Origin: Eledone cirrhosa
Taxonomy: Eukaryota
Direction of reading: 5' to 3'
Assembly (NCBI GenBank): GCA_964016885.1
Contig: OZ024740.1
Location: 384,772,001 to 384,836,000, forward strand
Length of the DNA stretch: 64,000 nucleotides
A model generated the notes under the pieces. It ran no database searches. It was not told the origin of the DNA and saw nothing but the letters and a program-made list of their open reading frames with translations. This document shows, piece after piece, positions 27,721-41,765 of the stretch (positions are counted from its first letter, which is position 1; the number at the start of each line of letters is the position of its first letter). The position numbers were made by a program, and so were the translations under genes.

Positions 27721-27960
27721 ATACTTGAGGAGGGTCATATTGTTGTAATAATATTGCCAGAATTAATAACAGAACACACTCACTGTTTGGTTGGTGTTCG
27801 CTTCTGTATCTTTTATATCAGTTACTTTATTCGGTCCTTAATATTTACCATTGACTGACTAACGGTCAAAAATACAGATATAATATAGACACAAACACAT
27901 ATATATAGGCTAACACAATTCTTTCGTTGCACATCTGCAACATCGTCAGTGGTGTTATTA
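27715..27960 (-). mobile_element. Diverged pLTR relative with a degenerate hammerhead (27911-27957)
   Basis: Minus strand CTGACGA-t-GTTGCA gatg TGCAAC-GAAA-gaat; cleavage-site region imperfect. Confidence 0.5.
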
Positions 27961-28024
27961 TGTTCCTCCTGTTGTATTGTATATCTACGCCATCTTTTCG
28001 TATATATATAAATATATATATATA

Positions 28025-28266
28025 CTAGCAGATGTACCCGGCGTTGCTCGGGAAATGAATGACAGCCTGAATTGTTCAAGGTCGTTTATGGCTTAGCTAG
28101 CAATTTCTGAGTGCATGTCAGCTTATGTCAGCTAATTGGCTAGCCAATGAGAGGTCGCCTCAATAGCACGTGCCAAATCGGCCTAGTACTTCAAAAGTTA
28201 AAAGGAGCCTAGTATTTTTACACAGACAGACACACACACAGACCGACTTGCTTTTATATAAATAGA
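28025..28266 (-). mobile_element. Non-autonomous Helitron
   Basis: Minus strand 5' TCTATTTATATAAAA ... CCCGAGCAACGCCGGG hairpin ... CTAG 3'. Confidence 0.75.
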
Positions 28267-28770
28267 CTAGCAGAAAACCACTCGATGGGCGGTTTCTGCT
28301 AGCAAATCTAGTGTATATACTGATATTGTTGAGATTTGGATGAGAAATGTTTTCGGCACCACATGTTCACCGTCTCTCGGTGTGTCTTTTATGCATGTAT
28401 ACATATATATGTTATCTATACGGTGAAATCTTTGAAATAAATATATGTTAAAACGAAAAAGGAGAAAAAGAGATTAGTGACGGAAATATAAACTTGATGA
28501 TACATAAACGTTATGGTATAACGATGGAAATATATCTTCAAATGGTCCTTGGCATGGTGTCAAGTCAGAACCACCTCGAACTGGTTACTTCTGGCTTGTG
28601 CAAGGTGTCTCTATCGCAACCAGCGATTCCCTTGGCCTCAGTGACCAAAGTCAGTGGAGAGGGGAAGGTAATGTTTCTATAGCGACAGTGTTTCTCTTGG
28701 TAGTACCAAAGTGGAGAAAGGAAGGGGAAGGTAATATTTCTGTAGCACCTACATTTGAGTTTTAGGGAAG

Positions 28771-28812
<42 letters not shown>

Positions 28813-28821
28813 GAAATGCCC

Positions 28822-28903
28822 ATATATTTCTTTGTGTGTATATATATATTTATATATATATATATATATATATATTCCACACGCAGAAATGTATATATAT
28901 TTC

Positions 28904-28948
<45 letters not shown>

Positions 28949-29100
28949 CACACACAGAAATGTATATATATTTCTGTGTGTATATATATATATATATATT
29001 ACACACACAGAAATGTATATATATTTCTGTGTCTATATATATATATTTCTGTGTGTGTATATATATATACATTACACACACAGAAATGTATATATATTTC
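28822..29100. repeat. Minisatellite of self-complementary units (acacacagaaatgtatatatatttctgtgtgt) interleaved with (TA)n
   Basis: About 5 units visible. Confidence 0.7.
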
Positions 29101-29215
29101 TTAGAACAAAATTATTATTAATGTTTTGTTGTTTATAACAATTTGAATTGAAAAATTACTTTTGAAATTATTAGTTGTTTTACTAATGCTTAGATATGTA
29201 AAAATGAAGCAATGT

Positions 29216-29412
29216 TTCTAATAATTGTTTCTACTTTTGGCACAAGGCCAGCAAACACCCAGTACATTACTGGTACTTTATTTTATCGACCCCGTGAGGA
29301 TGAAAGGCAAAGTTAACCTCGGCGGTATTTGAACTCAGACCGTAAAGGGAGTAACTCCATGCTATGAAGCATGGTGTCCGACTCTCTACAGATTCTGCCA
29401 ATCCACCGCCCT
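29216..29412 (-). mobile_element. tRNA-derived SINE (cephalopod-type); other copies at 29700-29870(+), 35830-36040(-), 41913-42105(-)
   Basis: B box GAGTTCAAAT; shared body aactttgcctttcatcc..cggggtcgataaaataaagtaccag. Confidence 0.8.
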
Positions 29413-29699
29413 AATGTCTGTACGTAATGAGGGAGTGAGAGGGGAGCAAAAGAAAGGCATAGGTGAAGTGAAGAAGTGACTCTCACCTCCTCCTCGTCCT
29501 CCATCTCCCCATTCGTCACAGTGATAGAGGGGAGGAATGTTAGTGTGTTACAAAGAGAAAGAGTGAGAGTGAGAGAAACAGACAGACTAAAAGAGAGGGA
29601 TAGCTGGAGAGAGAGAGAGATAGCAACCACGCGCGCACGTGTTTCCACTATCGGACAGACAGACAGAGAAATTGCTGGTTATATATTATAAGGAGATAT

Positions 29700-29870
29700 A
29701 TGGGTCGGACGCCATGCTTTGACGTATAGAGTTACGGCCATTGCCATTCTGAGTTCAAATCACGCCGAGGTTAACTTTGCCTTTCATCCTTACGGGGTCG
29801 ATAAAATAAAGTACCAGTAATACACTGGCTAATTGCTGGCCTTGTGACAAAAGTAGAAACAATTATTAAT
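29700..29870 (+). mobile_element. tRNA-derived SINE copy, inverted relative to 29216-29412
   Basis: ctgagttcaaatcacgccgaggttaactttgcctttcatccttacggggtcgataaaataaagtaccag. Confidence 0.8.
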
Positions 29871-30555
29871 ACTATAGATTATTAATACTATAACTGTTGA
29901 CTTTTGAAAGCGTCGGTACAATTGAAGCTGTTAGTGTGTTTCTGTTTAGATTTATCGTTTCGTTGTTGTTCTTGTTGTTTTTATAAGTTTTGATAGTTTT
30001 GACTGAGTGGTGGTGGTGGTGGTGGTGGTGGTGGCAGTTGATGTTGTTTGGCTTTTTATCGTTTTGACGATGCTGCTGTTATTGTAGATGTTGATGTTTG
30101 TTGAACGTTTTGACTGAGTGGTGGTGTTGCCAGTTAATGTTGTTGTTTGACTTTTTATCGTGCTGATGCTGCTGCTGTTGTTGTTGTTATGGATGTTGAT
30201 GTTCATAATCTCTGACCCGGTCACTAAACACCTGTCTATTTAAGGATTGCTCTCCTCTTCCTTTCAAATTTCTGGGAAAGGACCTTATTGACATTCAGGT
30301 AGAGTTTTCTTTCTTTTCACCATATTTAAAACAAAGCACATGAGATTATTATTCAGTTTGAAAAATTCAAAATCGATAAAAAGTACTTTACTCGTTGCAT
30401 GTATGACAGAATCTTGTTTCAGGGTGTCTGGGTAGTTTCCTTAGCCAAACAATGGAATGAAATAAGTATACGAAAAAGCCGAAATAAAACGTAACAGACA
30501 TACACAAAACTCCTGACGATATAACAGCATGAGCTCAAACACTCATACATACATG

Positions 30556-31135
30556 ATGGCTGCCCCCTCGTTATTTCCCGATATACCATTATTAATAATT
30601 ATTAATTAATTCTATCGTGATTTTTGTGTTAAGTCAGGAAAGACTGCGCACTGAGCCAATCCCACTCCCTGAGCGACAGTAGGTATAACTCGAAAAGAAG
30701 AAAAGATCAACAACATCGGTGACTACTGAACCGCAGGTTTTATGTCGGAGTTATCACAGTTTCCTGAGTTGCCTTCTCCTAGAAGAATGCGCTGACAAAG
30801 GCTAGGTTTCTTTCACTCCCAGCGGTTTAACCGAGCGATCGGGTATCCAACCCGACTATTTCTATATCCTTGTGCATATACATACACATGCACACATGCA
30901 TATACGTACATATGTACATGTGTATATATACATATTTACACATTTTTGGATGGCCGTTGACTGTTATGAGTGCTTTCGCCTTTTGCCAGGTTTTGTTTGT
31001 TTCCTGCAGGGTGTCCAAAATCACCCTCCTCACCTAGTAAACTTGGTGGGAATTGCCGGTTTAGTCACCGACGACCCGACCATGTGACAGGTTGTACTAG
31101 GTTACATGTTACCAGTAGCACTCAAGAGTGACCCG
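30556..31135 (-). mobile_element. Dispersed non-autonomous repeat (probably RTE-related), copy 2, in (CATA)n context
   Basis: Homology to 24222-24581 and 34098-34722. Confidence 0.6.
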
Positions 31136-31804
31136 AAATAACATACATACATACATATATAGATACATGCATACATACATAAATACATACATACATACAT
31201 ACATACATACATACATACATACATACATACATACATACATACATACATTAGGTTGTGTAGAAATTAATGCAGGAGCTATGTTTTTACTTGTTTCTGCAAT
31301 TTTTAAGCATAAAAGCTCACGCAGTGTGTGTTAAATTATTTATGATCGTGAAGCTTATGCTTTCTTTTCATTCTATGTAATTCAATTTAAATAACGATTG
31401 CATTTCTGTGAATTTCCAGATCTTTCAATTTAAGATGTCAAAACAGGATTTTCCATAAATCTATTCCTCAGATTTTGAACTCAGCTGCACTGTGGCACAA
31501 ACGTCGAGAAGTTTGGGGCCAAGGACGTATTAATGAATGCATTCCTGACGTAGTTGAATGCACTATCAGCTTTTGATATAACACCATATTTGCTGGCTGT
31601 TCCCGAAGCGATTTTTTTATTCTATATCTTCTATTTTATATTTGGGTTAAAGGTAATCCTGTTACATAATTCTGCAAATAACATCTAATGCGATCGCTTT
31701 CTCTTGCATCATAATCGGATGGGCCATTGAAATATGTCTAGTGATTTCGCAGAATTAAAATTCTACAGTAAATTTTCCAATCCGGAAAATTTACTGTAGA
31801 ATGT

Positions 31805-31850
<46 letters not shown>

Positions 31851-32190
31851 CATATATACATGTATATATTGTACCTTTTGATTTTTAATTGTAATTTTAA
31901 TGTTGGTAAAGGTATATTATTATAATGTATTATGTTATATTACATTGTGTTATATATAATTCCTACTCTATATAACCACATTTGTTTAGATTTAGGTTAG
32001 TTGCTTTGGACTATATTTGTAATATGGTTCTTAATGTTATATACATCCTTAGTTATTCTTATTATATATTTTTATTATTTTTATTTTTATTTTTATTATT
32101 ATATATTTTTGCAAGACTTTAGTGTATGTACACTCCATATTCTTCGGAGCTTCCGGCTTGTATCTGCCGATATTACTTCTTGTTGTTTTG

Positions 32191-32235
32191 ATTGCCCTGA
32201 TGTGTCCTTAATAGGACGAAACATTGTCGGCTAAT
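32191..32235 (+). ncRNA. Type I hammerhead with one core change (CTGATGT)
   Basis: GCC-CTGATGT-GTCCT taat AGGAC-GAAA-CATTG-TC-GGC. Confidence 0.6.
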
Positions 32236-32290
32236 AAAAACTTTTGATGTATTAAAGGATTCTTTGTTTTACTCTCTTAATATATATATA

Positions 32291-32372
<82 letters not shown>

Positions 32373-32378
32373 GCACAC

Positions 32379-32529
<151 letters not shown>

Positions 32530-33718
32530 GTAACAACTGTGACATATACAGCTTAAATGTCATTGGAGTATACACCACAACTCATATATCCAGTTACATG
32601 AAATGAAAATAGTTACCTCCCTAGATTGTTTTGAGGTTGTTAGAAAGATACGCGAGACTTATTTAAGGGCTGGTAATTTCGAATTTAGCTATAAATAAAC
32701 AACATTTTTAGATAATGTAAAGAGAGGTAACTATAGTATATACATATATACATTTATATATATATATATGTGTGTGTGTATGTGTTGTTTTTTTTAATAG
32801 ATTTTGGATGTATGTATGCCTTGTCCCATTGCCATTTCTGACACAAACGAAATATCACAAAGTGACTGGCACATACATGATCTATATAATCTAAATGGAT
32901 CTCGTATCACTCATTGAACTCTAAGGTTAATAGATGAGAATTTAACACAGATTCCTACTCATAAACTGATCAACATTAGAATAAGCATAACACAGGATGG
33001 AACTAGGCTGTACTTGTACAGACTCCAACAACTGGCTGTCACACAGTTCCCATCTACGTAAGTTCACCCACATATATTGATAGGAAATATGTCTATGAGT
33101 ACAAGACACATTCTATGTGCGCCATGCTGAGCGATCGAAATAGGGACAGCATGATTGCAAAGGGAATTTCTTTAGCATTCTCTTATAAATGTGGCTTAAT
33201 AGGAACGCCAGCGTAGAAGTACACATGCAGATATGCACACACGCTCGCACACAAACACATACAAACACATACACACACATACACAAAGATAAACAGAAAG
33301 CAAATACATATGGGAAATGATTACAAATGAAGAAGCAAACATTTACACACGTACATAGGCGCTCACACGTAGTCAAACACGCGTGCACGCTTGCATACAC
33401 ACAGACGCACACACATACAGATGAACACAGGGCAAACTCATATGGAAAATGATTACAAATTAGGAAGTAGAATGTCGAAAGAATGCCGAAGTAAATCAAT
33501 GGATGCGAAACCTTTTCGGCATGCATTGCTGGAGACGACATTTAAAAAATACAAATTAGAATTATGAAATACAAAGGCTGCATAGTCTGCTTAAGCTATC
33601 CTAAAATCTGATTAGCTGTACACATGAATGCTCTCACAAACTGTATATAGAAACATTTGCAATGAATTTTTATATTGGCAGAAACATACCTAGATACAAG
33701 TATTTAACTTGCTATCAA

Positions 33719-33836
<118 letters not shown>

Positions 33837-34097
33837 AGTGTGCGTGTATAGGTATACACATACGCACGCTCATACACATATACATACATATATATATATA
33901 TGTGTGTGTAAAAAATAAACGGATAAACAACGCCCGTAGACAATACATACAATGAAGCTATATATTAGTTTAAGATTGATATATTAAGAAAAGACTCTCA
34001 ATATTTCGGACATTAGTCCGTCACCAGAAGATAAATCAGACATAAAAGAACATAAAGATTACATCAATACATACGTCCGTACATATATACACACATA

Positions 34098-34722
34098 ATG
34101 GCTGCCCCCTCGTTATCGAGTATGGCCACTTCACTATATAACATTATTAATAGTTAGCAATTAATGCTATCGTGAAATGCATGTGCGTGAAGATTTTTTT
34201 TAAAGTGAGGAATGACTGTGCACTGAGCAAATCCCAATCTCTGAGAGACAGTAGCTATAACCCGAAAAGAAAGAAAGATCAACATCATCGGTAACTACTG
34301 AGCCGCAGGTTTTATGTCTGAGTTATTCCAGTTTCCTGAGTTGCCTTCTCCTAGAAGAATGCCCCGACTAAGGTTAGGGGTCCTTCACTCGCAGTGGTTT
34401 AACTACGCGATCCGTTATCCAGCCCGATTATTTCTATTTCCCTGCATATGTATATACATATTGTATACATGTACATAAATATATACATATACACATATAT
34501 ACACATGTATATACATAAATATACACATATATATACATATTATACACATATATACACATGTATATACATATTTACACATATTTGGATGGCCGTTGAATTT
34601 TATGAGTTCTACCTCCCTTTGTCAGATTTTGTTTTTTGTCCTGCAGGCTGTCCAAAACCATCCTCCCCTCTCAGTAAACTTGGTGGGGTTGCCGGTTATG
34701 TCGCCGACGACCCGACCATGCG
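34098..34722 (-). mobile_element. Dispersed non-autonomous repeat (probably RTE-related), copy 3
   Basis: Homology to 30556-31135 from tggctgccccctcg to cgacccgaccatg. Confidence 0.6.
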
Positions 34723-35199
34723 ACATATATATATACATACACAGTGAAAGCCAAATCGTGTCCAAGTACGGCCACTTCTGAAGTAAAAATGGACACTGAC
34801 AAAAATGTCTTGTTGATGTTGCTGTCACTGATGTCGCCATAAATCGCTTGTCAAACCAGGAATTGACTTACATGTCATATCATAGAAATCATGCGGTAAA
34901 AATCATTGACAGACGATATTTAAAGAAATTCGGCAATTACGTTTGAAGAATTATCTTTTTAAAAGATTGCATTTTAGTTTTTAACATTGGCACAATGCAA
35001 AATGCGAGTGTGAAATTTTCCTAAGAGAAGTTTGGAAGATATATTTACTGCTGTGTGTCGAGTCAACATCAGAATATAGCGGCAGAAAAACGTCAGCCAG
35101 GAGGAGATGAACAAAAATAGTCGGAATTAGGATATAGAAAAGAGACATGGGTGACACTTGATAAGGAAGTATTGTGAAAACTGCCTATAGTATGTAAGT

Positions 35200-35760
35200 A
35201 TTTAGATATTTTTAAATGTAACGACTCTTGAAAAGCAATGAAAAGATTCTCAGTTTGTGATAGCTTGTTTAAACGAGAAGAAGCATGTGTGTTGTATGAT
35301 GTTGCATTTTATTTTTATCGCAGCCGGGTTCGATTGTTTCATGAACCAAACGTACATTTATAATTCATCTGTATATCACGTCTATGTCAGTTTTAAGGAC
35401 AGTATTTGGGGATAAAAAACAAAACTTAAATGTTTTCTCGGTTTAACTGTTATATATTTTGAGTGGTTTTCTGTTTGTACTTTAGCGTGATAAACCAAAT
35501 ATTTCAGAAAGCAATTACTATTGTTCGAAGCAATATAATCACATGTGGGAGGAGATACTTTATTATTGTTAATGGCACGTATATTTGCATTGGAGTGATT
35601 GATAGAACAGGCAAAATTCTTGCTGCAAGAATAGCTGACTTTGACTCTACTTTTGTTAAACATATTGACGATTTGACAGGAAAAACTAAGGAAATTAAAT
35701 TGAGAAATATTTGAATAATTTTTGTCCTTATATATAAATATTTCCAGATCTATTCTTACA
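35200..35760 (-). mobile_element. Degenerate Penelope-like C-terminal/GIY-YIG fragment
   Basis: FNKSRVKVSYSCSKNF...CFLKYLVYHAKV...KYI. Confidence 0.55.
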
Positions 35761-36057
35761 CTTCAATGATTGTATTGTTGCGGAATGAATTTTATTTGTA
35801 AAGCCATTAGCACTTAAATCTACATTATAATAATGGTTTCTGATTTAGGGACAAGGCCTGCAAATTTTGGAGGAGGGTAAAGTCGATTAAACCGACTCCA
35901 TTGCGTGACTGTTACTTTATTTTGTCTACCCCGTAAGGATGAAAAGCAAAGCTAACCTCAGCGGGATTTGAACTCAGAAGGTAAATGGTCGTAACTCTAT
36001 ACTGCAAAGCAAGTTGTCCAACGCTCAGAGAGGCGGTAATAGATGCATAGATATATT

Positions 36058-36099
<42 letters not shown>

Positions 36100-36725
36100 T
36101 GTGTGTATAAATAAATACATGTATATGTATATCTATATATATAAAATTAAGTATGTGTGTGTGTGTGTCTGTGTATTTCATATAGGGGCCTACATTTACG
36201 ACCGATTTTCATGAAACTTTACAGGCTCGTGAATTAGTCATCGGGGAGTCTTTTCTATATATCAGCGTATCGTTCTTTTTATTCCGGTGTCATTAAATAT
36301 TCAAAAATAAGTCAACCAAATACACAAAATCTTAGTTAAAACAAATTAAAGGGAAGTAAACCTTGATACCTAACAAGCAGGACAGAAGGAATTATTTCCC
36401 GTTGATAGTTACTCTAATCGGTTAAAACAATTGCCACACAATGACAAATGTCTTCTTGGTCGCTCTGTCAGCTAAAAATACATTGAACAAAATATTTAAG
36501 TAAAATCATCTTAAGAAACATCAACATTCTATTATGAGACACTACTAATGTAAAAGGACGAATGTAGGAGAAATCGTCAATCCATATAAACTTTCACCAT
36601 TAACTCAGCAGACGACATCACTTAATATCTACACTCCTACATCGATCTGTATGTTAATTCTCTCTCTCTCTCTCTATTATATATATATAATCTTTCTCTC
36701 TATTTTATATATATCTGTATATATA

Positions 36726-36783
36726 TAAATGTAAGTATGTATGTATACGTACATACATATATGTATACAGACGTACAGTAGCA

Positions 36784-36830
<47 letters not shown>

Positions 36831-37261
36831 GTACACATATATATATGCACGCATCAGTTTAGCGGATGCTTATTATAACGCCGCTTTGTTCGTTTGTAAA
36901 CAAACTGAACAGCCTGAATTTATGCCATACGGTGTTAAGGCAACCACGTCACCTTTTTGTTCAACACTGACACAGGAACGATGTACTAGTTTCAAGCTTG
37001 TTAGCTATCATCAGCACCGTATACCCATCTAACAGATAGTTGAACGTTCGAAAGTATATACTTTCCTTATGAAAATTAACGGCTGAGCAGCCTAATTTGC
37101 ATATTGAGTGAGTTAAATCGGTCAGGCATACCGAAAACGATAAGTTGAAAAAAAAAATGAAAACGAAATTTCATTTCTCACTCTTAGTATGGCACTTACA
37201 TAAATGTAAGTATGTATGTATACGTACATACATATATGTATACAGACGTACAGTAGCATGC

Positions 37262-37292
<31 letters not shown>

Positions 37293-38186
37293 TATACATA
37301 CAGGTACACATACATATATGCACGCACCAGTTTAGCGGACGCTTATTATAACGCCGCTTTGTTCGTTTGTAAACAAACTGAACAGCCTGAATTTATGCCA
37401 TACGGTGTTAAGGCAACCACGTCACCTTTTTGTTCAACACTGACACAGGAACGATGTACTAGTTTCAAGCTTGTTAGCTATCATCAGCACCGTATACCCA
37501 TCTAACAGATAGTTGAACGTTCGAAAGTATATACTTTCCTTATGAAAATTAACGGCTGAGCAGCCTAATTTGCATATTGAGCGAGTTAAATTGGTCAGGC
37601 ATACCGAAAACGATAAGTTGAAAAAAAATGAAAACGAAATTTCATTTCTCACTCTTAGTATGGCACTTACTTAAATGTAAGTATGTATGTATACGTACAT
37701 ACATATATGTATACAGACGTACAGTAGCATGCATATATATATACATATATATACATACAGGTACACATACATATATGCACGCATCAGTTTAGCGGACGCT
37801 TATTATAACGCCGCTTTGTTCGTTTGTAAACAAACTGAACAGCCTGAATTTATGCCATACGGTGTTAAGGCAACCACGTCACCTTTTTGTTAAACACTGA
37901 CACAGGAACGATGTACTAGTTTCAAGCTTGTTAGCTATCATCAGCACCGCATACCCATCTGCCAGATAGTTGAACGCTCGAAAGTATATACTTTCCTTAT
38001 GAAAATTAACGGCTGAGCAGCCTAATTTGCATATTGAGTGAGTTAAATCGGTCAGGCATACCGAAAACGATAAGTTGAAAAAAAATGAAAACGAAATTTC
38101 ATTTCTCACTCTTAGTATGGCACTTACTTAAATGTAAGTATGTATGTATACGTACATACATATATGTATACAGACGTACAGTAGCA

Positions 38187-38230
<44 letters not shown>

Positions 38231-38313
38231 CAGGTACACATACATATATGCACGCATCAGTTTAGCGGACGCTTAATATAACGCCGCTTTGTTCGTTTGT
38301 AAACAAACTGAAC
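36726..38313 (-). repeat. Tandem array (~3.4 units, 457-473 bp) of a hammerhead-containing retrozyme-like repeat homologous to the 467-bp satellite
   Basis: Repeats at 36978, 37451 and 37908; each has a HHR and ATGCAAAT on the - strand. Confidence 0.88.
36978..37020 (-). ncRNA. Minimal type I hammerhead (copies also at 37451-37493 and 37908-37950)
   Basis: ACGGTG-CTGATGA-t-AGCT aaca AGCT-t-GAAA-CTAG-TA-CATCGT. Confidence 0.85.
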
Positions 38314-38445
38314 AGACGTGGTTGCCTTAACACCGTATGGCGTAAATTCAGGCTGTTCAGTTTGTTTACAAACGAACAAAGCGGCTTTATAATAAGCGTC
38401 CGCTAAACTGATGCGTGCATATATGTATGTGTACCTGTATGTATA

Positions 38446-38542
<97 letters not shown>

Positions 38543-38661
38543 GCATGCTACTGTACGTCTGTATACATATATGTATGTACGTATACATACATACTTACAT
38601 TTAAGTAAGTGCCATACTAAGAGTGAGAAATGAAATTTCGTTTTCATTTTTTTTCAACTTA
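38314..38661 (+). repeat. Inverted partial unit closing the 36.7-38.3 kb array
   Basis: Reverse complement of the preceding unit (gacgtggttgccttaacaccgtatgg...tttcaacttat). Confidence 0.85.
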
Positions 38662-39913
38662 TTGTATATATATAAATTTATATACAATTTCACTCAACAT
38701 TTCGCCATTTGCTACACCTTACGACCGATTTTCAAGAAACTCGCCAGCACATGAATTTCTAACCAGGTTTTATTCCTACTTGGACTCCGTTCATCCCAGT
38801 TCACACTATTGACCTCTACTACAACCGGGTGTCAACGATAATTCTTTAACTTTTTAAGTCTACGATAAATTGTTACTTTGTACAATCCGGCTATACTGTT
38901 CTCTGCATTAATCTCTTTCATGGGTGCTATTCCAGACGTGCTTAAACTACGCTTTAGATAATACCTCCGAGGAAGAGTAACAAAATTGGTCGGAAAACGG
39001 TGCGAGGTAGAAGTATCACAAATAGACGAGAAAGTGTGCCACTACAAAATGCCGAAATAAGACGAACTAGAAACGCAATGTCCACGGACGCTGTACGCGC
39101 TGCAGAAACGGAGGATCGGCGCGTCCGCAGAGAGACAAGAGACGCTGTGTCGAAGGCTAGTGCACGAGCTTCTGAAAATGACGTTCAGTGCGTTCGCAGA
39201 CAAAGAAGAAACGCAATGTCGACGGCCAGTGCACGAGCATCTGAAAATGAGGTTCAGCGCGTTCGCAGACAAAGAAGAAACGCAATGTCGACGGCCAGTG
39301 CACGAGCTTCTGAAAATAAGGTTCAGCCCGTTCGCAGGCAAACAAGAAACGCAATGTCGATGGCCACTGCACGGGCTACGGAGACATAATCCGAAAGGTG
39401 TGATCGATTGCAGAGTAATCTTCAAAGAAGCCTTTCCAGAAATGGTCTTTCAAGGCCTTCCAGTTCGTGATGGCTACTTAAGGCGTTTGAATATAGCCCA
39501 ACCTTCAATTATGCCACCCATGCTCATGTGATCATTGGCGATATGTCCACCATTTGCACCTACTGCAAGCAATGAAGTGGCCAGGTGAACCATCTGGGAT
39601 GTGCTGCGCGAATGGAAGTTCAGCTTACCTTTCCTCCTTGATCCACCTGAGCCATTGAAGACGTATCTGGCAGGTGAAACAGCGGAGTCTAAGTACTTCC
39701 TTGAAAATATCCAGAAATACAAATGCGCCTTTCAGATGACATCGTTTGAAGCAAACATTGTTAAGGAAGACGGTTTGATGTCCACATTTAAAGTTGAGGG
39801 GCAACTGTGTGTGGTCATAGATGCGTCATCGAGAAGCAGTCGCCAAGATCAACACCTTTTCATCACAGCAGATATTATTTTACCTACCCAGGCAGCGCTG
39901 GGTACTGCTGCTA

Positions 39914-39914
<1 letters not shown>
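38662..39914 (+). mobile_element. Internally deleted Helitron retaining the RepHel N-terminus
   Basis: RASENxVQxVRRQRRNAMST repeats, then PPEPLKTYLAGETAESKYFLENIQKYKCAFQMTSF...FKVEGQ; 3' hairpin CCCAG gcagcg CTGGG and CTAG|T end; 5' end approximate. Confidence 0.8.
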
Positions 39915-39989
<75 letters not shown>

Positions 39990-40049
39990 GTGCGTGTGTG
40001 TCTGTGTGTGTGTGTGTGTAGTTGTATGTATCTATCTATCTCTCACTCA

Positions 40050-40140
<91 letters not shown>

Positions 40141-40439
40141 TCTGTGTATATATATATATATATATATCGTAAGTTAGTTTCATCGGAGGGATTTTCAAGG
40201 TTGGAAATAAAACGCACGTCCTCGAGTATGGTTTCCTAATTAGCTGTAGAAATAAATCTATACTGAACTCGTGCTTTTGACTGAGTGCTCTACCTGTCTA
40301 TATTGAATGTATATTTATTGAACTTATTTATGTTAACTTCTTTAAATTGTAAACGTGTGATTGTTTATTCTTTAGTTATTCTACTCCTTCTAATACCTAA
40401 CTTTCCCATATATACACATTACTACGAGCTCCCTTAGAC

Positions 40440-40735
40440 CTCCTCCATATAATTAATCACTCCACGTATATAACTGGAACATCATCTATTGCATTAAATA
40501 TTTTTTCTGCGGTCTCATATATATCGGAGAAACCGGCCGTGGTTTAGCAAATAATTCCAACGAAAATCCGCTTAAGTAACATCACATAACCTGTTGCTCC
40601 TTATTTCAACTCAACTACTTACTTATTTCCAATTTATTGGTCTGTACCTTTATTTGATGGCTCACCTACTTCGCACTATCACAAGGAGCGACGTCTAGCT
40701 TTCTGCCTTGGCAGCTCTATTCCATTTGGTTTAAA
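40440..40735 (+). mobile_element. Degenerate Penelope-like GIY-YIG fragment
   Basis: NIIYCIK...YIGETGRGL. Confidence 0.6.
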
Positions 40736-40736
40736 T

Positions 40737-41054
40737 CAGAGGTCTGCAACAGGTGGTCCGCGTCCCACAAAGCGGCCTCCCAGACAGGCAGAGTGGCCCG
40801 CGATGACCGTCTTTAATTTTTATCTTGTAGGCTTATTTAGAAATCTTTTCGTAACCGTAATACAATTTTCTGTTAGTTGACCTATACTAAAGGACTTCAC
40901 TGATAGGGTTATGTGTGTTATAATCTCCCAATTCCATGTTATGGAAAGAAGTTATGGTGAATCTTTGGAATAGTGCTTAATAAATATTAATGGCCCTAAT
41001 AGTTGTTCCAATGTTCAAAAGTGGCCCAGCAATAGAATATGTTGCACACTCCTG
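40737..41054. mobile_element. hAT-like MITE
   Basis: Imperfect TIRs CAGAGGTCTGCAAC / GTTGCACACTCCTG; TSD not clean. Confidence 0.45.
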
Positions 41055-41720
41055 ATGAAACAGTGTTTAAACCATTACACCCTTTCATTTCACACCCTAA
41101 TCCAGTCCTTTTTTCTTGCTCCCTACCATCACAAATCTGTTCATTTTGTGTCTCATACATCAGCACACCAACGCCCTACCTAACTCCATAAGCACTCATA
41201 ATTTTAAATATAAATATTGTAAATCCTTCCTATCAATTACATAGATCTCCTAGTACATATCTACACTCAAAAACTCTCTCCTTCTTTCCAGCCTTCCGTC
41301 GTCAATTTGTTTCTCTACTTATTCACGCTATCTCACTCTCTCCATGAATTTCCACCACCATCGAGTTCTATACTTCTGGTCCCTCCGTCTACCTGCTATC
41401 TTTGCAGCCTTGTATGTTTGGCAACTTCCTGCCCTAAGGATCACAAGCTGCAGTCATTCAAAACACTTACCTCTTCAATACGGTATCGTTCTGAGTGATT
41501 TTCTTATATCTTATTCTTCTCTTTTCTTAAGGTACTTTTAAGAAAGGTCCCATCCAACACATTAGATCTTTCCTTTTCTGTTCTTATCTTGTGCAAATAT
41601 TTTTTTTTCAATACGTATCCTTTTTTCATAAGTGTGTTTTTCCAACTTTTCGTTTACACTGTTTTGAACACTTAACTATCTTTTAACTATTTGCTCCGCC
41701 ATTAAAGATTTTATTCAGAG

Positions 41721-41765
<45 letters not shown>

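Noticed and set aside
33996-34032. Hammerhead on the - strand (CTGGTGA-c-GGAC taat GTCC-GAAA)
   Set aside because: Core A is mutated and stem III/cleavage site is malformed; at most a dead relic
36132-36660. Helitron starting TCTATATATATAAAA
   Set aside because: The 5' end is Helitron-like but I found no 3' hairpin-CTAG, so its extent cannot be supported
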